Assembly: GCA_016182495.1 (NCBI GenBank)
Contig: JACPGK010000002.1
Location: 12,581-76,580, forward strand
DNA from: Candidatus Kerfeldbacteria bacterium
GTDB taxonomy: Bacteria; Patescibacteriota; Patescibacteriia; UBA9570
DNA length: 64,000 nt
Reading direction: 5' to 3'
Made by a program: the position numbers and the translations under genes. This document shows, one piece after another, positions 18,955-28,360 of this stretch. Below the pieces are notes generated by a model. That model ran no database searches, was not told the origin of the DNA, and saw only the letters and a program-made list of their open reading frames with translations. Each line of letters opens with the position of its first letter. Within the stretch, counting starts at the first letter, position 1.

Positions 18955-19746
18955 TTGGGTATGACATTTTGGAAACACCATTGGCTAAGACTAATCATAG
19001 TAGGTGTAGTATTGTTGGGTGGTATAACGTTGTTGCGCAATACTATCAGTCGAACCATTGTTCAGCCGCTGGCTGGATTTTTTTATGAACAAGGTAATCA
19101 ATGGTGGCCGTGGCATGCCACTACCACTGATCAACTCCATACAGAAAACCAACAATTAAAAACTCAATTAGCCACAGCGGTGGGTGAAATAAGCAACTTA
19201 GAATTGCAGCTGCAACATTATCAAGAATATGAAGTGCAATTGAAATTTGCTGAACAGAATGAACTAACATTGGTACCAGCTCGTATTATTGGACGGGTTG
19301 GGCAAAGTACCACCACACAAATTTTGAATCTTAATCAAGGTAGCGAGGCTGGTATTGCTGTTGGCGATCCAGTAATTTATGCCGCTGGCATTGTGATTGG
19401 ATTGGTTCATAGTGTTGATGCTACTAGCGCAACGGTTTTACCAATTACTAGCCCATTGGTTAAGCTGCAAGCCGTTACCCAAACCAATCAGCAATCCACC
19501 GGCTTAATTAGCGGTGCTTTTGGTACTAGTTTAACCATGGATTATATCTTGAAAGATCAAACTGTGGCAATAGGTGATATTGTTATTACCAATGGTCACG
19601 ATACTGCTATCCCGCCAGGCTTATTAATTGGCACGGTAGCTAGCATTGCTACCGATACCAGTGATTTATTTACTACTGCTCAACTTAGTCCGTATTTACC
19701 CTATACCAGCGATTCAATCGTATCGGTCATAGTATCAAATCTATGA
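18955..19746 (+). CDS. mreC: Rod shape-determining protein MreC
   Basis: N-terminal TM, coiled-coil (LKTQLATAVGEISNLELQLQ), C-terminal beta domain; position between mreB and mreD. Confidence 0.75.
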   Translation: MGMTFWKHHWLRLIIVGVVLLGGITLLRNTISRTIVQPLAGFFYEQGNQWWPWHATTTDQLHTENQQLKTQLATAVGEISNLELQLQHYQEYEVQLKFAEQNELTLVPARIIGRVGQSTTTQILNLNQGSEAGIAVGDPVIYAAGIVIGLVHSVDATSATVLPITSPLVKLQAVTQTNQQSTGLISGAFGTSLTMDYILKDQTVAIGDIVITNGHDTAIPPGLLIGTVASIATDTSDLFTTAQLSPYLPYTSDSIVSVIVSNL

Positions 19747-20240
19747 AACGAGGGTTGGTGATTATTTGTGTCAGCGTTATCGTACTAGGTACCGTATTAG
19801 AATTGGCTACCTTGTGGGCGGCACCGGTCACCCCTTTGCCGATTAGTCTTATCTTGATCAATTGTATTGCTTTGGCCTTGGTGTTGCCGTTTAAGGCAGT
19901 GATTGGATTGGGCGTAGTGCAAGGCCTACTGGCCGATAGTTTTTGGTACGGATCAGGTAGTATTTATACAGTAGCTATTATCGTCAGTATAGTTTTACTG
20001 CATTGGTTGCGACGTAGTTGGTTTAAACAAACTAATTTGCCAACCCAATTTTTGTTAAGTTTGTTAGCGTATGCCACGGGATACTGTTTGCTGGTACTAG
20101 CAGCGCGTATTTTTTTTACGTTCGGTAGTAGTGTGATTGATCCATGGTTACAGCCAAACGGTAGTGTACTGTTTGGTGGCATAGTGCTGGGAGCAACCAT
20201 AAGCGTACTAGTAGCCAAAATATATGACAGATTTGTTTAA
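19743..20240 (+). CDS. mreD: Rod shape-determining protein MreD
   Basis: 165-aa, 4-5 TM protein following mreC with overlapping stop/start. Confidence 0.65.
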   Translation: MKRGLVIICVSVIVLGTVLELATLWAAPVTPLPISLILINCIALALVLPFKAVIGLGVVQGLLADSFWYGSGSIYTVAIIVSIVLLHWLRRSWFKQTNLPTQFLLSLLAYATGYCLLVLAARIFFTFGSSVIDPWLQPNGSVLFGGIVLGATISVLVAKIYDRFV

Positions 20241-22155
20241 CACATTGCCCGATCAATCAATTCGTGATAAACGAATTGCGCAGCACTACGCCCAACGAGA
20301 AGTAGTAGTTGATATTCCGTATCAAACGGCCCAGCAAGATTTTTTAAGCGCCCCGATTAGTTCGGCTAAATTACGCTTTTTTTTGTTAGGCTTGTTTACC
20401 ATTTTGGGTATGCTATTTGTACGGTTACTGTATTTGCAAATTTGGCATGGCCAAAACTATGTGGCCGTGGCCGAAGATAATCGTCTGCGGCTAGAATATT
20501 TACCAGCAGCGCGTGGTATTATTTTTGATCGTACTGGCACACCATTAGTGCATAATATTCCTAATTTTACAGTTACTATCACACCAGCTGACTTGCCAAC
20601 TGAACCAATCATCTATGATAGCATCTTACAACAAACTGCTAATGCTCTAGCCGTATCGCTGATTGGGTTACAACAACAGGTAGTCGATCACGCTGCTGCG
20701 TTTCCTCATCAACCCTTAACCTTACAAGAATTTGTACCCTATGATCAGGCCTTGCAATTAGCTGCTCAAGTTGATTCTCTTCCTGGCGTGGCTGTAACCG
20801 TACTATCAGCTCGCCAGTACAGCGACGCTTTAGCCTATGCGCATGTGTTAGGATACCTCGGCAAAATTACCCCGGATGATTTACACAACCAATTACCAGA
20901 CGATTACTTGTTAACCGATCGGATTGGCCAAACTGGAGTAGAAGCTGTCTACGAAGCTAATTTACGTGGTCATAAAGGTCAACAACGCATCGAAGTCGAC
21001 GCTCTTGGTACTACCCAGGAAGTGGTGGCCGAAGAAGCGGCTCAACCCGGTGCTAACATTGTGCTAGCTATTGATCATGATTTGCAAACCACCTTGTATC
21101 AGGCATTAGCGGATACAGCCGAACAGCAACATCTCCCTGGCGGTGCAGCCGTAGCCATTGATCCACGGGATGGTTCAGTGCGAGCCTTGGTGAGTTATCC
21201 TAGTTTTGATAGCAATGCCTTTATTCAAGGATTATCCACTGCAGCCTATGACACTTTAACCACTGATAACCGTAAACCGTTATTTAATAAAGCCATTGCT
21301 GGAGAATACCCATCAGGTTCTACGTTTAAAGTAGTCATGGCAGCAGCGGCTTTGCAGGAGCAGGTGATCACGCCGGAGTATACAATCAATAGCACTGGCG
21401 GTATTCAAATTGGCCAGGCCGTATTTCCTGATTGGAAAAGTGGTGGTCATGGCGTCACCGCTGTGCGTAAGGCTTTAGCCGATTCAGTGAATACTTTTTT
21501 TTACATTGCTGGCGGCGGGATTTATCATCTCGAGAACAGATCAATTGAAGGGGGCTTGGGTATTGATCGAATTGATACCTATGCCGCTCGATTTGGCTTA
21601 GGTACGCAACGGGGGATTGATTTGCCTACCGAAGCAACTGGTTTTGTGCCTAGCCGTCAGTGGAAAGAACAATCACTCGGAGAACAATGGTATATTGGTG
21701 ATACCTATAATGTGTCGATTGGTCAGGGACAATTGTTGGTAACACCATTACAAGTAGCAGTGTATACAGCGGCCATTGCTAACAATGGCACTATCTATCA
21801 ACCGCAATTGGCTGAATATTTTACTGATCAAACTAATCAGGTTATTGCCACTATCCAACCAAAAGTTGAGCAAACCAACATTATTAATTCTTACTATTTA
21901 CAGGTGGTGCGCGAAGGCATGCGCCAAGCCGTGCTTGATGGTTCTGCTCGCAACCTAGCGACATTACCTTTTGCGGTAGCGGGTAAAACCGGCACAGCCG
22001 AAATTGCTGGTACTGATAAAACTCATTCTTGGTTTACCGCTTTTGCACCGTACGATGATCCTAGTTTGGTGATTACGGTATTAGTAGAAGAAGGTGGCGA
22101 AGGATACGCCGCTGCCTTGCCAATAGCACGCGCCGGTTTGGAAGAATATTTTTAG
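20224..22155 (+). CDS. mrdA: Penicillin-binding protein 2 (class B transpeptidase)
   Basis: SGSTFKV (SxxK), SVN, KTGTA motifs; N-terminal TM anchor; follows mreBCD. Confidence 0.85.
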   Translation: MTDLFNTLPDQSIRDKRIAQHYAQREVVVDIPYQTAQQDFLSAPISSAKLRFFLLGLFTILGMLFVRLLYLQIWHGQNYVAVAEDNRLRLEYLPAARGIIFDRTGTPLVHNIPNFTVTITPADLPTEPIIYDSILQQTANALAVSLIGLQQQVVDHAAAFPHQPLTLQEFVPYDQALQLAAQVDSLPGVAVTVLSARQYSDALAYAHVLGYLGKITPDDLHNQLPDDYLLTDRIGQTGVEAVYEANLRGHKGQQRIEVDALGTTQEVVAEEAAQPGANIVLAIDHDLQTTLYQALADTAEQQHLPGGAAVAIDPRDGSVRALVSYPSFDSNAFIQGLSTAAYDTLTTDNRKPLFNKAIAGEYPSGSTFKVVMAAAALQEQVITPEYTINSTGGIQIGQAVFPDWKSGGHGVTAVRKALADSVNTFFYIAGGGIYHLENRSIEGGLGIDRIDTYAARFGLGTQRGIDLPTEATGFVPSRQWKEQSLGEQWYIGDTYNVSIGQGQLLVTPLQVAVYTAAIANNGTIYQPQLAEYFTDQTNQVIATIQPKVEQTNIINSYYLQVVREGMRQAVLDGSARNLATLPFAVAGKTGTAEIAGTDKTHSWFTAFAPYDDPSLVITVLVEEGGEGYAAALPIARAGLEEYF

Positions 22156-22156
22156 T

Positions 22157-22185
22157 TTGACAGTTTCTGGATTGATCCGTATACT
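22157..22185 (+). promoter_or_regulatory. Sigma-70-like promoter TTGACA-N17-TATACT upstream of greA
   Basis: Consensus -35 at 22157-22162, 17-nt spacer, -10 TATACT at 22180-22185, about 30 nt before greA ATG. Confidence 0.6.
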
Positions 22186-22216
22186 AATACGCATCATAAT
22201 TTATTGATTCATTTTC

Positions 22217-22684
22217 ATGACTGACAAAACAACCTACGTTACCGAAGAGGGCTTAGCAAAATTGAAGCAGGAACTAGATTATTTAAAAACGACTAAGCGT
22301 AAAGAAATTGCTCATCGCATTGCTAGTGCTAAAGAACTCGGTGATTTATCAGAAAACGCCGAGTATAGTGATGCCAAAGAAGAACAGGGATTGATTGAGA
22401 ATAGAATTTTAGAGCTCGAAGAAACGTTGCGTCATATTGAGGTAATTAAAAAACCAAAAAAATCAACTACCGTGGTCATTGGATCAGTAATCGAAGTGTC
22501 TAATGATACCGGCAAAAAACAACAGTTTACCATTGTTGGTTCAAAAGAAGCCGCTCCGGGCGATGGCAAAATTTCTAACGAATCACCATTAGGCAGAGCC
22601 TTTTTGGGACGAAAACTTGACGAACAAGTTACCGTTACTGTACCACGTGGTACGATGATTTATACCATTAGCAAAATAGCTTAA
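22217..22684 (+). CDS. greA: Transcription elongation factor GreA
   Basis: 155 aa, N-terminal coiled-coil with acidic tip region, C-terminal FKBP-like domain (typical GreA length and layout). Confidence 0.8.
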   Translation: MTDKTTYVTEEGLAKLKQELDYLKTTKRKEIAHRIASAKELGDLSENAEYSDAKEEQGLIENRILELEETLRHIEVIKKPKKSTTVVIGSVIEVSNDTGKKQQFTIVGSKEAAPGDGKISNESPLGRAFLGRKLDEQVTVTVPRGTMIYTISKIA

Positions 22685-22685
22685 T

Positions 22686-24719
22686 GTGTCAGAACGCGAT
22701 TACCGTTTAGAAAAACTTCAGCAGTACAACAAAAAATTTGGCACGGCCTATCCGGCGCATAGTAACCGCAGTCATAGCATTGCTGTGTTACTCCAGCAGT
22801 TTGATCGTTTAACTGATCAAACAGTGATACTGGCTGGTCGTTTACGATCCAAGCGTGAGCATGGCAAATTAACATTTGCTGTAATCGAAGATGCTTCTGG
22901 CACAGTACAATTAGCCTTAAGTCAGCAGCAATTGGGCGTTGATCTCTACCAGTCTGTAGCTAGCTGGTATGATGTGGGTGATATTGTGGAGGTGACCGGC
23001 CAACCATTTACCACCAAAGCTGGCGAGCGTTCATTGTTAGTACAGGCCATTAGATTACTGACTAAGGCGTTGCAGCCGCTGCCAGAAAAATGGCATGGCT
23101 TACAGGATGAAGAAACGCGCTACCGTAAACGCTATCTGGACTTGTTGGTAGATCAAGATCTACGAAATTTATTTGTTAAGAAAGCTAAATTTTGGAATTC
23201 AATCCGTCAATTTCTACTGACTGAAGGATTCCTTGAGGTAGAAACTCCAGTATTAGAAACTACCCCTGGTGGGGCTGATGCCGAACCTTTTACGACCCAC
23301 CATAATGCCCTTGATATTGATTTATACTTGCGTATCTCGATGGGTGAACTATGGCAAAAACGATTAATGGTGGCCGGCTATGAAAAAACTTTTGAAATTG
23401 GTCGTCAATTTCGTAATGAAGGTATTAGCCCAGAACATTTGCAGGATTATACTCAAATGGAGTTTTATTGGGCCTATGCTGATTATCAAGACACGATGAA
23501 ATTAGTTGAACGGATGTATAAACATTGCATCATGGAAACGTTTGGCACATTGCAGTTTACGATTCACAATTTTGTCGTAAATTTTGATCAGGCTTGGCCA
23601 TTACTCAATTACGTTGATACCATTCAACAGTACGCTGGCATTGATATTACCGCAGCCAGTGTCACGCAACTGCAACAACGCTGTGAGCAATTACATATTG
23701 CTATTGGTAGCGAACAAGTAAATCGCGCTCGCTTGTATGATAGTTTATGGAAATTTTGTCGTAAGCAAATTACTGGGCCAGCCTTTTTAGTTAATCACCC
23801 GGTGGAGGTATCACCCTTGGCCAAGCGGTTAGTTGATCAACCCCATTTGGTTGAACGCTATCAAGTAATTGTTGCTGGTAGCGAATTAGGTAATGGCTAC
23901 TCGGAACTGAACGATCCAATTGATCAACAACAACGATTTATTGAGCAAGCTAAGTTACGCACAGCTGGAGATGTCGAAGCGCAACGGCATGATCATGATT
24001 TTGTGGAGGCTCTAGAACTAGGCATGCCGCCAACGTCTGGATTTGGTGTCAGCGAACGATTATTTTCTTTTTTGGCTGACCGACCAATTCGCGAATGTGT
24101 TTTATTTCCGTTATTACGGCCTAAAATTAATGTAGTTGATCAAACCCTGGTTGAATTTTCAGCTGGTATTAGTCGAGCAGCCGCTCTCGATTGGATGACA
24201 ACAACCGTGACCGATGTTAACTTACAGCGACACATGTTAGCCACCGAGGCCTTAATGCGCGCCTTGGCCGAACGGTTTAAAGTTGTGGCGGTGGAAGCCT
24301 GGGGGATTGCTGGATTATTGCATGATATAGATTGGGAGAACACCACTCCAGAGACGCATAGCATGGTAGGAGCCGATTGGCTTGAGCAGCGTGGTGTGCA
24401 CCCAGCCATTGTGGCAGCTGTGCGCGAGCATAATTACCATCACAACCTGCCGCCTAGCTCATTGTTATCGAAATGTTTAATGTCGTTAGAACAACTGACC
24501 GGTTTTATTATGGCGGTAGCTTATGTACGACCAGATCGTACGCTAGCCACTGTTGAGGCGAAGAGTGTTAAAAAGAAACTCAAAGATAAAGCCTTTGCCC
24601 GCGGAGTTGACCGTGCTATGATCGAACAGTGTCAACAGCTCACTGGCTTAACCTTAGATGAAGCCATCGCTGTATGTTTAAAAGCCATGCAGGCGATTGC
24701 TAGTGATTTAGATTTATAA
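22686..24719 (+). CDS. lysS: Lysyl-tRNA synthetase (class II) fused to a C-terminal HD-domain
   Basis: N-terminal OB anticodon-binding, class II motifs (FRNEG, motif 3 GMPPTSGFGVSERL), then about 200-aa extension with H..HD..H..HxxH pattern (GLLHDIDWE, VREHNYHH). Confidence 0.85.
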   Translation: MSERDYRLEKLQQYNKKFGTAYPAHSNRSHSIAVLLQQFDRLTDQTVILAGRLRSKREHGKLTFAVIEDASGTVQLALSQQQLGVDLYQSVASWYDVGDIVEVTGQPFTTKAGERSLLVQAIRLLTKALQPLPEKWHGLQDEETRYRKRYLDLLVDQDLRNLFVKKAKFWNSIRQFLLTEGFLEVETPVLETTPGGADAEPFTTHHNALDIDLYLRISMGELWQKRLMVAGYEKTFEIGRQFRNEGISPEHLQDYTQMEFYWAYADYQDTMKLVERMYKHCIMETFGTLQFTIHNFVVNFDQAWPLLNYVDTIQQYAGIDITAASVTQLQQRCEQLHIAIGSEQVNRARLYDSLWKFCRKQITGPAFLVNHPVEVSPLAKRLVDQPHLVERYQVIVAGSELGNGYSELNDPIDQQQRFIEQAKLRTAGDVEAQRHDHDFVEALELGMPPTSGFGVSERLFSFLADRPIRECVLFPLLRPKINVVDQTLVEFSAGISRAAALDWMTTTVTDVNLQRHMLATEALMRALAERFKVVAVEAWGIAGLLHDIDWENTTPETHSMVGADWLEQRGVHPAIVAAVREHNYHHNLPPSSLLSKCLMSLEQLTGFIMAVAYVRPDRTLATVEAKSVKKKLKDKAFARGVDRAMIEQCQQLTGLTLDEAIAVCLKAMQAIASDLDL

Positions 24720-24727
24720 TTATTGCT

Positions 24728-26002
24728 ATGCTTGATATTAAATATATTCGTGAACATAGTGCTATTGTACAGCAAGCAGCCAAACATAAGGGGATTGATA
24801 TTAATATCGAGCAATTGTTGTTAGTTGATGATCAGCGGCGTAGTGTACAAAAAAAACTTGATGATTTACGGGCCGAACAAGGCAGAGCTAATCAGGCAAT
24901 TGCTCAAGCCGTGGCCGAAGATAAAGCCACTCGCATTGCCACCATGCGTACCTTGGCTGATACTATTAAAATTCTAGAACAGGAATTTCAAACTGTCGAC
25001 CAACTGTTTGAACAATTAATGTATCAAGTGCCCAATGTACCTGCTAACACAGTACCGATTGGAGCTGATGCTTCAGCCAATGTTGAATTAAGCACTGTTG
25101 GACAACCACCAGTTTTTTCCTTTACACCACTTGATCACTTGACTTTGGGAAAACAACTTAAATTGATTGATGCTGAACGCGGCGTTAAAGTGGCTGGTAG
25201 CAGAGCCTACTATTTAACTGGCCGTGGTGCTCAATTAGAACTCGCCTTAATGTGCTATGGGCTTGATTTTTTACGGGCCCGGGGGTTTACCCAACTGGCA
25301 ACGCCACTAATGGCTGCTGGAGAATTTTTTTATGGCACCGGACATTTTCCTTGGAACGAAAATGAAACCTTTAAAGCACTTGATAAGGATCGTGAATATT
25401 ATTTAATCGGGTCAGCTGAAATTACCTTGTGCGCTTATCACGCTCACGAAACATTACAGCAGGCTGAATTGCCAAAACGCTATACAGCCTGGACACCATG
25501 TTTTCGCACAGAAGTGGGTAGTTACGGTAAAGATACTAAGGGCTTATATCGGGTGCGTCAATTTAATAAGGTCGAGCAAGTGATGTTGTGTGTCAATGAT
25601 GATACCAGTGCTATGCAATTGTTTGAAGAGTTAATGCGTAATGCCGAAGATTTTTTACAGTCGTTGGAGTTACCTTATCGAGTGATGGAGCTATGTACTG
25701 GTGATATGGGCGCTGGCCAAAAATATAAGCGCGATATTGAAACCTGGATGCCATCACGACAAAGTTATGGTGAAACGCACTCCTGTTCGTGGTTGGGTGA
25801 TTTTCAAGCCCGGCGGCTTAATTTGCGTTATCGGGTTGCTGGCAAAACCAACTATTGTCAAACACTCAATAATACCTTAGTGGCTTCACCGCGCATGCTC
25901 ATTCCGTTATTAGAAAATCATCAACACGCTGATGGCTCGGTACAATTACCAGCCGTACTGCATAAATATATGAACGGCCTCACCGTACTGAAGCCAGAGT
26001 AG
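24728..26002 (+). CDS. serS: Seryl-tRNA synthetase
   Basis: MLDIKYIRE N-terminal coiled-coil arm, class II core, 424 aa. Confidence 0.85.
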   Translation: MLDIKYIREHSAIVQQAAKHKGIDINIEQLLLVDDQRRSVQKKLDDLRAEQGRANQAIAQAVAEDKATRIATMRTLADTIKILEQEFQTVDQLFEQLMYQVPNVPANTVPIGADASANVELSTVGQPPVFSFTPLDHLTLGKQLKLIDAERGVKVAGSRAYYLTGRGAQLELALMCYGLDFLRARGFTQLATPLMAAGEFFYGTGHFPWNENETFKALDKDREYYLIGSAEITLCAYHAHETLQQAELPKRYTAWTPCFRTEVGSYGKDTKGLYRVRQFNKVEQVMLCVNDDTSAMQLFEELMRNAEDFLQSLELPYRVMELCTGDMGAGQKYKRDIETWMPSRQSYGETHSCSWLGDFQARRLNLRYRVAGKTNYCQTLNNTLVASPRMLIPLLENHQHADGSVQLPAVLHKYMNGLTVLKPE

Positions 26003-26013
26003 GGGAGTGCTCA

Positions 26014-26943
26014 CTAACGCTCTAGCGCTAATTGAATTAAACGGTCTAATAACTGTGGAAACGGTATTCCAGCTACTCGAGCAGCTTCTGGTAACAAACT
26101 GGTATTGGTCATGCCGGGAATAGTATTGGCTTCTATAAAATAAAACAGTTGGGTATCACTTTCAAACATAAAATCAACCCGTAACATACCATGGGCTTTA
26201 ACGGCCTTAAATGTTCGACGAGTTAAATTTTCCAAGGTAGTGCGTAAGTCGTCGGTCAGTGGTGCCGGACACAAATGGGTTGACCCGCCATCTTCATATT
26301 TTGAAGCGTAATCATAAAAACTACCCTTTTGCGGGATAATTTCTATTGGTGGCAATACTACCGTATCAGCTAATGATCCAATCACCCCAACGGTATATTC
26401 TTTACCTTTAATAAAGCGTTCAACGATTACCGTTTGACTGTGTTCAAAGGCTACCGCCATGCCACGCTGTAAATCGGCAAATGATTCCGGAATGGTTACA
26501 CCAACACTCGAACCAGCATTACCAGGTTTAATGACGCACGGCAGTTGAATTTTTCGAAAATCAATTTGTTGATTACGATCAAATAATTCAAATTCAGGCG
26601 TTAACATGCCATGAGTCATCACTAAACGTTTAGTAGCTTCTTTATCCATGCACAAGGCCGAACAAAATACATTTGGTCCAACGTAGGGGAGAGCTAACAT
26701 TTCGCATAAGCCTTGAATGGTACCATCTTCACCAAAGCGGCCATGCAGCACTGGAAAAACCACATCAATGTTGCCGGCCAAAGCAGCCTGTAAAAAATCA
26801 GCTAATTGATCTTTTGGATCATACTGCACAACCGTATAACGATCAGTCGGAATAGCGGCAGCTACATTTTTACCTGATACCAATGAAACAGCCCGTTCAT
26901 TAGATTGCCCACCACTCAATACTGCTACAATCGGTTTACTCAT
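26014..26943 (-). CDS. ddl: D-alanine--D-alanine ligase
   Basis: VAVLSGGQSNERAVSLVSG N-terminus and ATP-grasp fold length (309 aa). Confidence 0.8.
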   Translation of the reverse strand: MSKPIVAVLSGGQSNERAVSLVSGKNVAAAIPTDRYTVVQYDPKDQLADFLQAALAGNIDVVFPVLHGRFGEDGTIQGLCEMLALPYVGPNVFCSALCMDKEATKRLVMTHGMLTPEFELFDRNQQIDFRKIQLPCVIKPGNAGSSVGVTIPESFADLQRGMAVAFEHSQTVIVERFIKGKEYTVGVIGSLADTVVLPPIEIIPQKGSFYDYASKYEDGGSTHLCPAPLTDDLRTTLENLTRRTFKAVKAHGMLRVDFMFESDTQLFYFIEANTIPGMTNTSLLPEAARVAGIPFPQLLDRLIQLALER

Positions 26944-26973
26944 GGATAGTAGTATACTATACTAGCAAGACTG

Positions 26974-28074
26974 ATGCCAATTGTTCGACTTAATCAACCG
27001 CCAAAATATCACAATCCTTACTTTCAAAAGCCAAAATACTCTCATTGGTTTTGGCAGCATGATGGTTGGGCGTATTTGGCAATCGCTATTTTATTGATTG
27101 GAGCAGGCTTGTTTTTTATGATCCAGCAACGTTGGTTGTGGATTGATCATATCACCATTAGCGGCAATGCGTATTTGACGGTTGATCAACTGACTCAACC
27201 AGTGCGGACTGTGCTGGCGAAAAAACGATGGTGGTTTTTTCCGCAACGATCATATCTATTTGTTGATACGACTGCTATTTATAATGAAATTACAGCTACT
27301 CTAGGTACTAATTTTGCTTTAGAACAACTGGTGGTAGATAAACAGTTTGCCGATACAATTCAAATTACGGTAGTTGAGCGCGTACCCGGACTAGTGTATA
27401 TCATTGGCCAAACGTACTATTACATCGATCAAGCTGGTGTAATCACTCAAGCCGTGGCCCAAGCAGAGGATCTCGACCCTCATTTTCCTCGCATTCGTGA
27501 CTTAAACACCAATCGCGGAATAACGGTTAATCAACTGGTCGTTAAACCAGAGGTGGTGGACTTCATTATTCATTTAAACGGTACGTTTACCGATCAACTC
27601 GGTTTTAATATATCTGAATATACTCTTTTGCCGGTGTCGTGTTTAGAAAAACAATTTGTCGCCGAACAATTATTAGCCGATGATATTTCAGAAACAACTG
27701 ATCCGGTGTTACAAGAAAAAAAGCGGGCCGTTTTGGAACAATTACAAAATGATACCATTAGCGTTGATGAAAGTTTGCAACAACTTGAACAATTAAAACA
27801 ACAAGGGGTGTTAGAGAATCAAAATACCGCTGGTACAAATTCAACTTTTATTCAATTGCAACCAGAGTATATTGCCACGGATTGTGATTTTACTCGTGTC
27901 ATTCGAGATGTGGCGGTGGTTACACAAGAAGGCCCCAGTGTGTATTTTGATACCACTGTGCCAATACAACAGCAATTAAATAATGTAGCAGCAGTTAAAG
28001 CCAGTACCATACCTGATTTGACTACGATTACATATATCGACGCGCGTTATCCTGATAGGGTTTATTTTGATTAA
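26974..28074 (+). CDS. Cell division protein FtsQ/DivIB-like (POTRA)
   Basis: N-terminal TM, then ITISGNAYLTVDQL POTRA-like start; adjacent to ddl as in dcw clusters. Confidence 0.6.
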   Translation: MPIVRLNQPPKYHNPYFQKPKYSHWFWQHDGWAYLAIAILLIGAGLFFMIQQRWLWIDHITISGNAYLTVDQLTQPVRTVLAKKRWWFFPQRSYLFVDTTAIYNEITATLGTNFALEQLVVDKQFADTIQITVVERVPGLVYIIGQTYYYIDQAGVITQAVAQAEDLDPHFPRIRDLNTNRGITVNQLVVKPEVVDFIIHLNGTFTDQLGFNISEYTLLPVSCLEKQFVAEQLLADDISETTDPVLQEKKRAVLEQLQNDTISVDESLQQLEQLKQQGVLENQNTAGTNSTFIQLQPEYIATDCDFTRVIRDVAVVTQEGPSVYFDTTVPIQQQLNNVAAVKASTIPDLTTITYIDARYPDRVYFD

Positions 28075-28087
28075 TGTGTCGTTTAAG

Positions 28088-28110
28088 ATATATTGTGCGA
28101 CGCAATATAT
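28088..28110. promoter_or_regulatory. Imperfect palindrome ATATATTG-N7-CAATATAT just after ftsQ-like stop
   Basis: 8-bp inverted arms at 28088-28095 and 28103-28110; possible operator, function unknown. Confidence 0.2.
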
Positions 28111-28145
28111 CTATTAAAATATAGCTCCCCTTCATACCTCTAGAA

Positions 28146-28175
28146 TTGACTTTTTTTTGTCACATATGGTATATA
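28146..28175 (+). promoter_or_regulatory. Sigma-70-like promoter TTGACT-N18-TATATA upstream of the GC-rich gene
   Basis: -35 28146-28151, -10 28170-28175, in AT-rich host-like DNA about 185 nt before ATG 28361. Confidence 0.5.
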
Positions 28176-28360
28176 GGGACGTTTTATTATCTATAAAACA
28201 TAGGCTAATAAATCAGGAGAACGTAGCTTGGCGTTGTTCTCAATTATAAGCCTAAGTATTAGGCTAGCTCTTTACCAAACCTTTCTTACCCGGGAGCAGT
28301 TCAGCTCCCAACATCCAAGTTGACTAGGTGACGCCAAACCTAGCAACTGGAAAGGGCGCC

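Noticed and set aside
26003-26013. Possible bidirectional terminator between convergent serS and ddl
   Set aside because: Only a 4-bp palindrome (AGTG..CACT) could be found, with no U-tract. The genes are 11 nt apart, which leaves no room for a hairpin.
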